A stretch of 64,000 nucleotides of DNA from NCBI GenBank assembly GCA_028023455.1, contig JAQFVV010000003.1:8246001-8310000 (forward strand). The letters are read 5' to 3'. The notes beneath the pieces were generated by a model, which ran no database searches, was not told the DNA's origin, and saw only the letters and a list, made by a program, of their open reading frames with translations. The stretch's first letter is position 1; every line of letters starts with the position of its first letter. Positions 63,555 through 64,000 of this stretch are shown one piece after another. The translations under genes were made by a program, and so were the position numbers. Source of the DNA: Epiperipatus broadwayi. Taxonomy: Eukaryota > Animalia > Onychophora.

Positions 63555-64000
63555 ATGGAGGAAAATCAGAGTCAATCTGAAAATTCTGACAATCCTAAAA
63601 TAGAGCAAGTAGAGGTGCAAGAGTCTATACAGCCAATGTTACCAGAGCAAAAGGATGAGATACCAAGCACATTCAACTTGAAAATGCTGCATGCCTCAAT
63701 TAAAAATATGGATACAAAATTGCAAAATATGCAGCACAATATTAACCAAGATATAAGAGATACAAAGAAGATACTACAAAAGATGGACGGAAAATTCCAA
63801 AACTAATAGCAAAGTATAGAAAAAAGACTCTATAATATAGAAAATATACAACACATCAGGGAAGAATTCAAAAGTATACAGCAGAGCATGAACCAGCAAT
63901 TTCATGATATGGCTGCAAAGCATCAAAACATATATGAAAAGATTGAAGATGTCCAGGAAAAACGACAAAACTTGCATAAAACTGTTGACATTATTCAAGA
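63555..64000 (+). pseudogene. coiled-coil gag/ORF1-like reading frame of a retroelement, inactivated
   Basis: The 83-aa ORF ends in adjacent TAA TAG, but the same frame stays open to the window edge (QSIEKRLYNIENIQHIREEFKSIQQSMNQQF...). Q/E/K-rich heptad character; the family is not recognised. Confidence 0.55.

Noticed and set aside
44588-64000. Further upstream Rubicon exons
   Set aside because: I searched by eye for a phase-2-ending exon encoding the ...KxCR region and found none. Either the intron exceeds 19 kb or I missed the exon.

Overview
Very AT-rich animal genomic DNA; the style is arthropod, possibly chelicerate, which is an inference only. The supplied ORF track misses both real genes because their exons are short. 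I found them by reading splice sites. On the + strand are the last two coding exons of eIF4E2/4EHP (314-450, 6482-6548). Converging on the - strand are C-terminal RH-domain exons of a Rubicon-family autophagy regulator (44509-44587, 33200-33274, 28763-28856, 24248-24320, plus an uncertain last exon). The rest is intron or intergenic DNA rich in mobile elements: one near-complete decayed APE-RT LINE, RTE-clade LINEs, a hAT MITE with an 8-bp TSD, a Merlin-like MITE with an 8-bp TSD and an internal ~120-bp tandem array, and a gag/ORF1-like pseudogene at the right edge. The most striking signal is a dispersed ~440-nt repeat at five loci. It inserts as an inverted-plus-direct fold-back with an unpaired 3' tail and 12-14-bp TSDs, and it carries a minimal type I hammerhead-ribozyme motif (CUGAUGA...GAAAC-UA-GUC) with one compensatory stem II change between copies. 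This is the signature of Penelope-like pseudo-LTRs or retrozymes. Two smaller palindromic footprints of a second hammerhead-bearing family and a degenerate third family are also present. Several of these motifs lie sense to the Rubicon pre-mRNA.
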